Assembly (NCBI GenBank): GCA_965285935.1
Contig: CBDIWN010000008.1
Span: 310,001 to 374,000 of the forward strand
From: Ophelia neglecta
Lineage: Eukaryota
Direction: 5' to 3'
Length of the DNA: 64,000 bases
Both the position numbers and the translations under genes were made by a program. Shown here in pieces: positions 1 through 13,329 of the stretch. Under the pieces are notes generated by a model. The model was not told the origin of the DNA, did no database searches, and saw only the letters and a list, made by a program, of their open reading frames with translations. Numbering within the stretch: the stretch's first letter is position 1; the number at the start of each line of letters is the position of its first letter.

Positions 1-232
1 GTGGAAATGAAAAGTTGACACCACGTCCACGACTGATTTTAAAAGCATTCGTGATCAAAAAAGTCATAAGTGTGCTTCAGATGTTTTCTGACTCTATTTT
101 CATAATAATCACTGTTTAACTTTACGGGTTAACAATAAGTAAAAACAACTATGAATACTTAATACTGCCGCGGCCAACAACCCGGCGATCGAGTCATACT
201 AATAAGTTCATATAAAGAATATATCTACTAAC

Positions 233-305
233 CTGTCTGAGCGGTAACTCTTGTAAGAAAAACACTTGAACTGACCAGCAAACAAATGTAAATGGTAGAA
301 GACAT
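233..305 (-). CDS. First coding exon (signal peptide) of a probable further array paralog (gene Z) whose body would lie left of the window
   Basis: 73-nt exon from ATG to ACAG|gttagt encoding [24 protein letters not shown](G), with a hydrophobic core and a phase-1 donor. Same length and near-identical to exon 1 of genes A and B. Flanking 1-232 matches the intron 1 sequence of A and B. Confidence 0.8.
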
Positions 306-950
306 TATCTAATTGCACGTTCACACACCTCCGTAAGTGTGTTTATTGTGAACACTATACTGGGCAGAAGTGAGGTTCAGGTATGCCTACATTCAATACT
401 GACAATTATAAAGATATTTACTTCCTGGTGTCCGAGCGGTCGCCTGAAAGTAAATACACCAGTCCACATCCCGTTGAACAAACATAAAGAACACGAAGAA
501 AGCGTGTTTGCAGTCATGTTAAATATTTTTAGAAGTTCAAGTTCTGCTGAATAATTCTTCGTCAATTGGTACTAAGCGCCCTAGAACATGAATTTGCAAG
601 TAACGCTTTACATATATTGCGTCTAATAGATAATGTTGTATAGTTGTAAAAATATAATATATTGAAGTGGAAATCCCGTGGGTTGAATTTCGATATACAC
701 TGGGATATGAATTGGGTTATAACTTCTTACCCAGTGAGGGACGGGGTTATAACGATGATTAAGTCTACAGACATATATGAAACAATGAACCGCCGGAGCA
801 GGGACACACACTGCTCGGCGAAGTAAATACACAGACAAACAAATAAAGCTACCCTAGTGTGTGTCTGGATAAATTATAGCATAAATGTAAATTATAACAT
901 GAATGAAGATAGGATGGTGGTCGATAAAGTCTATAGGTGGTCTGTACATA

Positions 951-1126
951 CGGTGGCGGATCCAGGAGTTCAGGAAGGGGTGGGGGGGGGGGGAATTTTT
1001 CCAAGGCTGACAAGACAAATGTCTGGATTGTCCCTGTTACCAACCTCAAGTGGGTCCAGAAATAGGCCCTAGTCCGGGCCCACTTTTCGTAAAATGGGGG
1101 GGGGGGGGGGAGGCGGGCCCCCTGCC
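951..1126. mobile_element. MITE-like insert (GTGGCGGATCCAGG...poly-G) upstream of gene Z exon 1
   Basis: Homologous to 13330-13514 and 16578-16762 (shared gctgacaag.caaatgtctggattgtccc.gttaccaacc). A similar terminus cagtggcggatttag occurs at ~2790. Right end uncertain. Confidence 0.4.
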
Positions 1127-3926
1127 GAGAGGAGAAATCTTCGATGTACTTTCCACCCAGTTCTGCCCATGCGCAGACTCAGTTTTGTCAAGCGTCCCCC
1201 GAAACCGCATGCCTGGGCTTTGACTCCGCGCTAAGCTGGCGTTTGACAGTAGCTCCCTTGACTTAATATTCCCATTAGATTGAGAAACATCACTACTAAC
1301 AGTGTTAATTATTTCACATTCCTTTCGCCAGCTGGCGCTGCATGTTGCATATCGCGCTTAGCATTTATGGCTTCTGTGAACAAATATATTCCCGTGGGCC
1401 GAATTGCCTGCTGGTCCGGCTTCACAAGCGTGTTTTTCCTTCAGTCCAATTTTAATTTTTAGAACGACTTAATCGGATCAATGGCCGTGAAGTTTCTAAA
1501 TCCCTATTCTATATTAAAGGGCTATTTTTCATCAACTATTGATGAATGCGTAAGACATAGCCAAATGAGGCAATGATTGTAAATACTTAAATTAATATCT
1601 TCTCTGTTATATGAATAAACGGCCAGGAGAAGTATTGGCACAATTGGGGATCCCCTAGCTTCCCCTCTTGCATCGATAAATTATGAGATTGATGGTAATA
1701 GCCATTTTTAATTGAGATTTTCTTGCATCTCGAACAATTTAACATCGTAGTTCGGCCTTCAATTAAATCTTTTAAATTATATTTATATATATCCAGGGTG
1801 GAACCATGTTTATTTATCTGGATTGAATCATATTAATTTATTTAGGATAACCTTAATGTACATGTAGCCGGTATTAAGGACCAGGCCAGGCCGGCGGTGT
1901 TTTGGCTATATAAGGGAGTGGCACTATGTGGTAATACATTGTTTAAGCAAAGTACATTAGGTATTTGCCTCATGAGACATAGACATCACATGGGTAGAAT
2001 CATCCAACTGTTTTCACACCAGAGAACACTGCTCTCTTTACAGACTAAACTTCAACCAAGCACCAGGTGAATGATCCTTAGCCCACCACCATCTCCGCCT
2101 CCTTCCTTATTTAAGGGAATCTAGGTACCTGGCTCACCACTTAATTAATGCTTATCTGTACCATGCCTACATGTATAATGAGAAATGGTTAACTAACTAT
2201 CTAATTGTTGGGTTGATATTTTATACCTGTTGTTATTGTACTATTATCTGTATCTGCATCGGAAATATGCTGGGTGCGCTACAGCCCCGCATCTTGGTGA
2301 ATTATTAAGCTGTATGATACATCTGAGATAACCTTTATCCTTCACATAACCATTATTAGTGTTGTTATTCATTATTCACAAATATAACTGCGTCTTTTGC
2401 TGACACATAATAATAGAAACAAGCATAATTATGAAAAGCGGTACTCGAGATATCTGGACAGTGACCACTGAAAAACCACAATACAATGCATTGGTATTTA
2501 GGTCTAGCTGCTCCCATTAGAAATGTCCATCTGATTTACCGATGTGTTGTACTATTTAATTCAGGTGATTATGTTTAAGTTAGACAAAGATTTGGTTTTA
2601 AAGCCAATTTGGTGTATAATATATTGTAACAGAATAAAGGCATTGAGTCAGTACATCGTTGGCATGCTTCCAATACAAGCTATGATCATTTGCGGCTATG
2701 TAGAGATTCCTAACGGTATTTTCAGACGCAATGTATACATACAATAAATGTGAATTATTCAAGCAATCATGGACGCATTCGGCCGAATCCAGTGGCGGAT
2801 TTAGAAGTTGTGGGGGTCCCTTCTATACTAGTACATGGTATTAAATATCGTCAATCACTTTTCTGGTTGAGGTCCCCCAACGTTCCCTAAGGCTTTTTCC
2901 TTTTTCCGCACAAACATTTCGAGCTCTCTCCGGCCCTTAGCAGTTTTCTAGCAGTTGTAGCTATGGGCCCGAGATACCACCGAGTTTCCTAACGTATATA
3001 AGTTCAGCTGTGTTTTCAAGTTTAATGGTTGTCTTTAGACTGTACTTGTGGTGAACACTCGCAGAGGTAATGCAGTCTGTGGCTAAGGATTAAACCCGGA
3101 TAATTGTGAAGGGCAAGCAACGTTTTAAGGCATGCTGGAGTCAATTGTATTATCTAAGATTAGTTTCACGATTTTGGTTAATCTTTCAAGTTACAGCTCT
3201 GACACGACCGCCGATTTCTGGTACCAATTTGGGAGCATGCAATACAAACAATTCAACCTGCTCCTTAAATATTGTAGGACTCTATTCAGGTTATTTATTA
3301 CCGTTTCAGCCGCTTGGAACTAAATAATTTCGTCTGTATTCTGCTATAGAATTACTCATTACCTGCGATGTAATACCATATGCATACTCAAGAACATATT
3401 AATGAACATTTATCTAAAGCTTTTTGGTACATTTATTGAATGGAGCTCTATATACATGTTATATATAAAATATATCCAATAACACATTTGCATAATTATA
3501 GTATAAAAGATTATATGCCGATTTTCACGTCCAAGGTTAACTCAGTTAACTTTATAAATGTCCTATTTAGAATGCACATGTGGTATCCAACGAAAAAAGT
3601 GATTAATGAAATAATTATTTCCCACAATTATGTAAGCCCAAACCCCAATACAACATATATGGAAAGTACATTCAGCCTGGAATATGAAACTTGCACTCTG
3701 GATGGAGTTTATATCATTGTATTGAACTAATAGGTATATGATTACATGAGATATACTGTTATGCTAGTTCTGTTAGTTCAAGCACACAACTTGTACATAA
3801 TACTATTAATGGTAGCATAAATAATCAGCAGTACATATTGGTAAGGGTGGAATTGACTGCTCAAACTTAGATGACATTATCGGGTTACAATCAAAATAAT
3901 ATCACATGTGTAAGCGGAGTCGTTGT

Positions 3927-4949
3927 TTACCTCTTGGCGCTCTCTTGCCGGTCTATATTCTCATAATCATCGTTTGTATTTAGTTGTTCGTACATTGGAT
4001 TTCCCTCCTCAGTCAGATTAGCTGTAAAACATAATAAAACATTCCTAAATCCACACTTCATACTTTCATAAACAAAGACAGTTACAGGAAACACATTTTC
4101 AACTGAATATCTAATAATAACGCCCATATTGCAATATTAAGAACCGCCAAGGATATTTATACTTTAGGGAGAACTAAGACACACGTTTAGCCCATATTTC
4201 AAATCACCTATAAGACTATACGAAAGCGTTGTTTAATGTGATAACAGGACATTTGTCGTACACATGTAATTCACAGGTTGTCAACACAATTATATTATGG
4301 TATAAGGGTATTAACTAAGTCTTGTATTTCCTCAATATGTCACATGATAAGAACATGATGTGTGTTAAATATGTGCTTATTTTGTTTAACAACGATTAAC
4401 AGTAGATCGAAGAAGCAGAAAAACCAGATTATTATACCAAAGCTAATATGTGTTTTTAGCTCTCACCATAGCCGGCATGTTCCGAGGACGGTTTCTCATA
4501 CACGTTGCAGTCAGACAATTCAACTTCCTGTGTGGAAGGAACCTGGTTTGCATTTTGGTGCGATAATTCGTTCGTTAAACGTACCCTGTATATAAGAAAA
4601 CACATGACCTGAGAATGCATAAGGAGTATTAGAGCAAATATTTGCACCCAACACTACAGTCAGTCACTACATAGCTATCTATCATATCTAATATATCTAC
4701 TACACTGGACGTAGAGACATTTGGACTAATGTACACAAAAGTTTCGAATATTGTTTTAAATACAAAAGAATTTGCCAAATTGCTTTAAGGAAAATAACAA
4801 GAAAACTTTCATTTTGGACGTCACTTACTTGATTATAAAACAACCAATGACGGTGGCAACAGTGGCAATTATTGCAACAATTGCTATGACGATTCCTGCC
4901 AATGCGCCCGGTGAGAGAGACGTATTTTGCCTTGGTTTATGGAGAGTAG
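3927..4949 (-). CDS. Gene A TM exon and two cytoplasmic exons carrying VYEKP, NPMYEQL and YENI motifs
   Basis: Exons 4949-4829 (phase 1-2), 4585-4467 (phase 2-1) and 4021-3927 have canonical splice sites and join in frame. They overlap ORF-track entries 4456..4647 and 3927..4127. Confidence 0.75.
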
Positions 4950-6851
4950 CTACATTTGAAATTATATCACGTCATATAATGATCCGGTAACATTGCTTCA
5001 AATCTCCCCGGACATGTAGTTGACACATATGTCCCTGTTTTATAATGTAATCTTCCTATTGACCAAATACTTGCATACTGTATACATACTAGCGGCAAAT
5101 GTGAATGCCCTTAATATATCTATTGGTAAGCTGATATAAAATACAAGCGCCGGGCTATCTGCTATAATATACCCTACATGGTACTCTACAAAGGGATTTT
5201 TACATCATTAAAGATATTCTACTGTAGGCCCATTATTGTCCGATTACATATTTTCAAAGCATTGATTGAACTATATTCAAGATCAAAAGAAATAATATCA
5301 TTATCTAAAGACAATGTAACGTATAGTCTACATTGGCAATAAGGGTATTACTGACGTTTCGTCGACATTGCCAGCAAAGATAATAGTTTAACAATGCAAT
5401 TAAATTCAATAACCTTGATTTTGTGCAGCCAAAGTAGTAGCGAAGATAGTCGTGTTTTTGAGACAGTCTTCTTTTATTCCATTCAATTGCCGATAAATCT
5501 TTAAGATGATCCGGTATGTAGAATTGACCGCCAGATTTGTCAATGTTTTGTTATACTTCATAGCAATATTATCTTTTCTGATTTCTATTGTAATCGATTC
5601 AATGTCTGCCCCATTTGCCTCTGAAACGGTGATTTTGTAGCCAAATACAGCGGATGTATTTAATGGAATAGATTTAACGTGTGTCCATTCAATGGTTGAT
5701 CTGTCAGTTTGAACATCGGTAATGCTGACTTTGTTTATGTCCGGATACTCGATGTACGCTGTTTAAATATAAAAACAATAAGATAATTTTTTTTATAATT
5801 ATATAAACATTATTGTGATTACTTTATTCGTCATGAAATATTAATCCTAATAATGTCCCACTACACTAAAACTGATTTTACTTACCTATAGATTGGTTAC
5901 ACAGATCTCCAGCATACCATGTATCGTACGGTGGTAGCTGACAACCGTTACTACATGCGCCACTGTACTGATGACAAGTCATTATGTTATCTACAGCCGC
6001 ACAGTAACTACTACATGGCTGATGTACAGCCCGAGCTGCACACTTTTTCACAAAATGCTCCCAACCTGGTCCCCAGACAGCCCTTAGAGCATGTTCCGTT
6101 GTTCCTCGCACAAACCGATGTCCCATTAACACCATTACAGTGTGTACTGCAGGTTTTGTCACATGTCTTTGAGTAGTAACCGTTTCGATAACCTATAGTA
6201 CAATCTCCTGTTTCTCTGTGACAAACGTTGGGCCCAGTGACTACTTTACAACCATTACTACATTTGTTCTGACACTGGTCTCCAAAGTAAGGGTCCTGAC
6301 AGCCACTCGTGCAACGCCCATCAGTGACGGAACATGACCGAGCATTAGGCTCCTGATCAGTAAGGCAATTCGCACTACATTGCTTGTTACAGTTGATGCC
6401 GAAATGGTCCATATCACATTCTGTAACGTAGATTAAAGTCAATAAGTGAAGGTTTGTTACGGCTTACCTTGAAACTGGATATAACTACTCAGACATTGTG
6501 TATTATATAATCTCCAGTGAAGAGTAACCCGATTTGTTTAGTCTTAGACAGTAATTGGCCTACCTTGGCACTCTGGGTACTTAGGGTAGTTCTTGGGGCA
6601 TTTATTGCAGCCAATAACGGGATCGCAAGACTGACATCGGGTTGTATCACACACTAGAATAACATGTGAATAGTTAACAATAAGAGTGTTGTATTGGGGA
6701 TTATCTTTGTAAACAACTTTTATAAATGGTTCAGATGAGAGTTTGCCTTTGTTTAATATAATCTATTATCTGACTATTGTTATAATAAGTCACGGCATTT
6801 CATTCTGGAACATACATTCAAGGATGACAATGAGTGCGGGTTTTAACATAC

Positions 6852-8144
6852 CAATAGGTCTGTATCCGTGAACTATCACCTCACACAGGGCAAGGTACTG
6901 GACTTGATACCCGCCTGCATTTCTGATAATGGTGACGTATCTGCCGCTTAGAGGCGAGTCACAATATATTGTGTCGCTTGCGTTTCCGGGTACGATTCCT
7001 GTATAATTCTTACAGAGACTTGTTGAATCATAGTATGCTTCGGAACCAACACCAAGGCGAAAATTACCGGTACGCCCTGTGAAAAGATATTCCTGGATAC
7101 AAATACATTGTCGCCAATGACACAATGTCCTCAGAGCGACTCTTACAGTAACCTTGATTCATGCAATGTACAGACGAATATAGAGGTGACAAATAAGTAA
7201 TTTAGTAATCAAAATATGGGTTTTTCATGAGGCCAAAGTTTCCATTATCACAAGTATGTGTAGACATATTTGTAAATAGCTCATCATTGAATATTACGCT
7301 GGTATTTCGTACAACCAATTAGAACTTTCGATCGAACAATTTTCTTAGCGATGTTTACACGAGTGGGTGACTTTTTATGTCATTTCTAAATAGAATCAAT
7401 TCAAATTAATTAATTGAAAATTTAATAACATAAATGCTGTTATTCCGGTTTATTAATAGGAAATACCTCTTTAGCTTTCCACCACATATTCACATCGTGC
7501 GTTAAGTGCGCTTTATAAGAACCGTAGCCAACAATTTAAAATCAAAAGAATCGGCCTCGCTATGGTTTCCCGCAACTGTTTTTGTATTTAATGTGTATCC
7601 CGTACGACTATTCATATGACTAGTTTGCATTTGCTTTCGATCTGTTTATTAGATGAGAACTCGAACCCAAATGACGTCTATTGTGTTTTAATCCTAAAAT
7701 ATATTAGATATTTAAGTAGCACTACTAGCACTGGTAGTCTATTGGTCAACAGTATACACATGAAATACAATTTGGAGTTTAATTTTTTCCCCATGTGAGC
7801 AGCGTGAGAGAGCAGAAAACAATCGCGTATCAGTACTGACGTGATTAATGCTACCATTATGCGTAGATGTTCCAGGTAGAGGTTTAACATTTGTGTCTAG
7901 ATCATCCAGTCGTTTTTTATTTACTTACGGTAAGATGGAGAATGCTCTCTGTTTAAGATGGTGACACTAACAACTGTGTAGATACCCTCTAGATCGACGA
8001 ACCACCAGGCTCTGAGCCCAGATCCAGCATCAGGAACTGCACAATAAATTGACCATGTAGATATTTTACCATCGACGGCCAGATCAGCGGCTGAATTACC
8101 ATATTGCCCACTTTGAAATGCCGGTCTTCCCTTCGCTATATTAC
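6852..8144 (-). CDS. Gene A F-type lectin (fucolectin/F5-8 type C-like) domain, two exons
   Basis: [11 protein letters not shown]...AADLAVDG...CAVP...AWWFVDL...VTILNR...GRYVTI...[10 protein letters not shown] matches the F-type lectin pattern N-x-A-x-G-K/R...Q-S...A-V-D-G...W-W-x-V-D-L...N-R...G-R-Y-V...L-C-E-V. Confidence 0.85.
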
Positions 8145-10039
8145 CTGTTTATACAAAATACTGATAAAACAGACTGTTCATGAATCCTTTTCTATAACGC
8201 TGTCATGAATCACAATATTACATATGTAGTATAAACTTTATCTTTACTCTAGCACACTCATGATAATAGTAACCCTTTTATGTCTTAATGCATCATATTA
8301 AGGTAATGGTAAAAACTTGTATGTATTATTGTGGCTATTGATTAGTCGCGGTAGGGCTATACTTAGAGGCAATGCGGAGGCCTAGACCTTGGGTATTTCT
8401 GAGTGACATAAACCAGAAAATAATCGGCAAGGCAAGGGTTATATCTGAGGGTAAATTTTACGGTTAGGGAAAAGGTTAGAGACAGGCTTAATAGGTCAAG
8501 CGCCCTGTTTTAATCTGGGAATTTACCTCCGCAAGGCTCCGCGCCTCCGCTTTTAATCAAAAGCCATTATTGTTTCATATAAAGTCTGCAACAGTTCATT
8601 ACATGAATGAGAGGACAAATGCATCACTTGAATTAAGAACAACAAAAGCAAAGGAAGTAACTTGACGGCTGAGACAAACAATAACTAAGGATGTTTTACA
8701 AGTACATATTTCTTAGATGTCATTCTTATGGTCATTCCGCCATTATTACACGAAGGACCTCAGAAGAACTTGCAACCGCTAAAATTCTTGGACCTCTGAT
8801 TCAAACAGACATATTTGAGAATGAGCGAATAGGACAAATAGGAGTATAGTTTAGTATATAAAACTTTACATTAAACCCGATAAAAACGATCATCATAATT
8901 ATTTTTGAAACAAAACAAGGCCTTAAAAAGCATCATATTGAACTCGATGCCTATTATAAAAACTTTTCTATTGTAGGGCATAAGTATGTATTCGCATTGC
9001 AGGCCAGTGTGACCGGGGAGGTGGAGGCATTATTTGATAGGCTAGGATTAAGAAAAAGTGCAGGGTGCATAAAAACATTGTTTGGGGCATGTAAATCCTA
9101 CATAAATAAAATCCTGAGCCTTAGCTAGACACAGCGATAGTGTGCTTCTGGAGTCTGCTTCTTCAACAAATGTTGTGCAAAATGACGTAATGGTTACATA
9201 AATATTCTTTAGTACTCAGTATAAATTTTTTTTTAAATACTCTATGCTGACAGTTTTAAATGCTTCCAAATGAATTTTAACAGAAAGTTTTACCAAGGTT
9301 ACACCCAGGCCCTTCTCTCCGTATGATGGCAGGATCATCCCATTCACATTCGCCTCCATCGATACAATCTCCTGTCATCTGATCACAACCCTTGGTACAG
9401 TGACAGGGAAATACACAGTCAGCAGTATTCCCAAACCTACACAGACCTGAGGGGAAAAATCAAGTGGAACATTTATTTGTTGGAATGTTAGACGAAACCA
9501 TGGAACTAACTGGTATTCCCGAACATGCTTGTTCAGGCAGCTCGATTTCTCTTATCGGCAATAGTTCGATCGCAAATGTCCGGAAAAAGAGCAGTACTAA
9601 TTTACAACGAGGATAGTGCTACGCCAAACCCTTCAAGCGTTATCTGCAAATCATAAACATTTTGTCTAGAAGTATACATCAACGAGTAAATCAAATTCAC
9701 ATCAGTGATATATTTTGACACGACAGTGTTATAGCGTTTCCAATGCCATATGGGTGGAACGAGAGTCCCTTTGTTCGCTGAAAGTAACCGAAAGCACCAT
9801 CTTCTTGCAATTCCGTGTAAAGTCGGGTATTCTATTTTTATTAACACCTTTACACTGTTAGTTATTAGTGTAGCTATTCTACCAAGGGGCCTAAAATTTC
9901 ATGAATCTTTTCAAATAAGCCACTTAAAATCATATAAAAAAACTATGATGCAATCGGTACAATTAATTCCACAACCTTGCGCTATTTCCCGGCCTCAGAT
10001 ATATTCTTCTTGTCGGTCTTACCTACCTTCCTCCGTCTG

Positions 10040-10790
10040 ACCGAAGACTAATATTATCCTCCGCAGCGGGATTTCATTCCATTTTCTGATAACTTTGACC
10101 ATAGCGTTTGATCCGTACGAAGTATTCTTTTCTCTCATTCCATTTCCATGCGTCAAATGCACTATACCGGCTTTAGCCAAAGCTATCTAAGCAAAATCCT
10201 CAAACGTGGCCGGCAATAGGCAGCTAATTAATCGGCCCCTTGACCAACACGCTCCTCTGTATTCACTAACCGTTTCTGTAGGCCCTCTGCAACTTTGGAA
10301 TATTGAAGACCTTACTTACACCATATTAAGCTTTAAAAGCGCAGACTTCACAGCAAACTGTCCAACACTTGCCTTGCTAAGGAAAACACAAACAGACGTA
10401 AGCCATGGGCAAGACCAAAATGAACAATTTAACCACGAAGAGCCTTAATATATATGCCGATTACACTCAGATTTATCCGTCTTTACAACTCGTGTCTCCA
10501 AATCTATCGTGCATGGTATCTCAACCATTGAACGTTGTTGGGCTGCTGCCCAGCAATTTCTGACCCAAAACTTTCTAACTAACTCTGAAAAAAAACCGAT
10601 ATATGTCAACTGGACAAATGCCTTGCACACTCCATAAACTGCCTAAAACAATTGACCTACACCGGGAGACACGACAGACCTTGGCTAAACAAGCCAGTAT
10701 AGTACATATATGGGAGTTATGTTTGACAACTCTGTCACCATGGACGCCCAGGGGCCAAGTGCGGTTGATTCTGCCACATAAGTATGACAC
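10040..10790 (+). mobile_element. Decayed L2/CR1-type non-LTR retrotransposon RT fragment in intron 1 of gene A
   Basis: Broken frames read ..TIAFDP.., ..IERCWAAAQQFLTQNFL..SEK.. and ..[13 protein letters not shown].., resembling L2/CR1 RT motifs (AFD; WM..NFLKLN.EKTE; NLGVIFD..L.M). Multiple frameshifts. Confidence 0.6.
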
Positions 10791-11654
10791 TTAACCTATC
10801 CCATGCCTGTGAGTCCCACAATCTTGAAACCCAAGAAATTTACATCCAGAGTTCTAGAAATTCTAGTATGTTTGGAATCCGGTCCTGGTTTACTACGCCC
10901 GGTGTCTTATTACCATAGGCTTTTGAGTCCGGGGACTTAACAGTCTCCTGGATATAAATCCCTAGGGTATTAAACGTGAATTATTAAATACGCTACTATC
11001 TTGCCATTCTGAGTATGCATGCATAAAAACAGACACATATCACTGCCTCTCTGATATGTGCACGCCACGACCACATGCAAAACAGCCACCTCACCTTCGC
11101 TTCTTATGTGTGAAGGCTGTTAAAGCCTTCATCATTACTAATAAATTAGTTTATTTAGTTATTACATTTTGTAAGCACAACTATAAAGTATGCGTTTTAG
11201 ATATGAAATAATTTGTATTTCTCCGCATTGGTCAAAACATAATTCTATTTGGAATTATCAGGCGTCATATCTCTTTATACGCTTAAATCTCCTTGTTCAT
11301 GGAAGTTTGTTTGCAAACACATATTATTCTGGAGATATAACCATATATCGGCTTTTACTATCAACAATTCTGTTTCAAAATCGCTACATCATATTATATT
11401 TTAAAGGAGATAAAAGTTCCTTTCTATGTGCCATTTCATGCGCCATATAATAGAATTTTCTGAGCTGAAAGGTTCTACCGGCAAGTCCTTTGCCTACTTC
11501 AAATACAAAGCGAGGTTCCCTTAATCATGCAGTACAAACATATCATGAGATTTATACCAGGTGTATTCAGGCGCTAGGTGTGTATAGCCTACAGTCATGT
11601 AAATAAACAGATACGAATTGATGGTCTGAAGGGCGCGCTTGGTTAATAGTCTAG

Positions 11655-11870
11655 TGGGGGATCTAGAGATTACCAGGGGTCTCTGGCGGGTCTAGATGCA
11701 GGCAGAGCCCGAGAGGTTTTCAGAGCCCCTTTGGAGGATCTAGAGGTAGTAGGTGCCATCTGGCGGATTGATAGGTCATTAGAGTTCCCTGACGGATCTA
11801 GAGGTTATCAGAGTCCCTGGCGGCAGCCTAGATCTTCCGAAACCCCTTGCGGAGTCATAGGGAGCCACAA
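11655..11870. repeat. Degenerate ~30-bp tandem repeat (ccctggcggatctagaggtt core) in intron 1; copies at 46270-46490 and 48525-48745
   Basis: Recurring gatctagag and ctggcgg motifs. The block is present in each intron-1 copy that spans this position. Confidence 0.55.
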
Positions 11871-13329
11871 CTTCACATTTTGCACCAAAATGGTCATTCA
11901 TGATGATGAATATCCTAAATTTCTGACGGAGACATTTCATAGATCCCGACAGCGTTATTGGATTTTAAAAAATACAAACGTTTCTTTTTTGGACGTGACA
12001 CTAATACAATCCTTTCCTGAATTCTCCCCCCCCCCACTGTCACCCCTAACCCTCGCGCCGTTTTCAATTAGTGGGAAGCATCCGCTCCTAGTTACGAATC
12101 AGATCCACAACACACTGGTTAACATACGACATTAATATTAATGTACGACTTTAAATTCCAAGAGTGGTGATAGGAAAATTTAATGTCTTATTCATTGGAA
12201 CGGACACCTCCATTTTCAATATGTTGTCTATATAGTGTCACGATTTCCGTTGTGACCTGTGAACATGTATATTGACACCAAGTCCACAACTAATTGTAAA
12301 AGCATTCGTGACCCAAAAAATATTTCCATAATAATCACTGCTTAACTTTACGGGTTAACAATAAGGTAAAACAACTACGAATACTTAATAATACCACTGC
12401 CAACAACCCGGCGATCGAGAAATACCAATAAGTTCAAAACAAGAACATATCTACTAACCTGTCTGAGCGGTAACTCTTGTAAGAAAAACAGTGAAACTGA
12501 CCAGCAAACAAATGTAAATGATAGGAGACATTATCGAATTGCACGTTCACACACCTGCGTGAGTGTGTTTATTGTGAACACTATGACAGATAGAAGTGAC
12601 TTACAGGTATGCCTACATTAAATACGAATATTAATAATGATATTTACTTCCTGGTTTCCGAGGGGTCGCCTGAAAGTAAATACACCAGCCCACATCCCGT
12701 TAAACAAACATACTTTATGGCTGAAGAATTACATGTTTACAGTCATGCTATGTATTTTCAATACATAATAAATAATGTTGCATGCTCCTAAAATTGTAGT
12801 ACAATATATATTGAAGTGGAAGTCCCGAGGGTTGTATTTCGAACGCTTTATTACAATATTAAATCAATCGGATATTATTTACTGATGACAGTGACGATTC
12901 CATATTCATTAGTTGAATATAAGGAGATAATCTGTAAGCAATGAAAATAAACATCATGTAAAATACAAATAAGGGGACTAAAAAAAAGATATACACTGGG
13001 GCATGAACTGGATTATAGCTTCTTACCCAATGAAGGACGGGATTATAACGATGATTAAGTCTACAGACATATATGAAACAATGAACCTCCGGAGCAGGGA
13101 CACACACTGCTAGGCGAAGTAAGCACCATTGCCACATGTTTTATAAGTACTGGTATTTTAATATGGCCGTTACCTACATTTATATCGACTATAAATACAC
13201 AGACAAAAAAATAAAGCTAGTATGTTTGTCGATAAATTATTACTTAAATGCAAATTATAATATGAATGGAGATATGATTACGGTCGATAAAGTCTATAGG
13301 CACATAGAGTCATAGGCGGTCTATACATA

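Larger units (their letters stand above)
3927..12531 (-). pseudogene. Gene A: F-type lectin/EGF/FN3 single-pass receptor with a short Tyr-motif tail and no PTP domains; frameshifted in exon 6 (pseudogene, secreted truncation, or exon-skipping isoform)
   Basis: GT-AG exons on the minus strand: 12531-12459 signal; 9446-9294 Cys-rich; 8144-7929 and 7076-6852 F-type lectin; 6653-6564; 6420-5886 EGF repeats (535 nt versus 726 in B, stop at 6013-6011); 5758-5414 FN3; 4949-4829 TM (GALAGIVIAIVAIIATVATVIGCFII); 4585-4467; 4021-3927 (ANLTEEGNPMYEQLNTNDDYENIDRQESAKR*). All phases are compatible except exon 6. Confidence 0.75.

Noticed and set aside
3040-3130. Possible tRNA or tRNA-derived SINE (B-box-like gggtttaatcc on the minus strand); similar hints near 46840
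   Set aside because: No cloverleaf or convincing A-box/B-box pair could be built by eye.
8340-8570. Possible MITE in gene A intron 2 (gcggagg...cctccgc)
   Set aside because: The inverted match is short and no TSD was identified, so it is too weak to call.
12609-12791. 60-aa ORF nearly identical to 49587-49769
   Set aside because: The identity reflects recent duplication or conversion of the promoter module. The ORF is not preserved in the other module copies.
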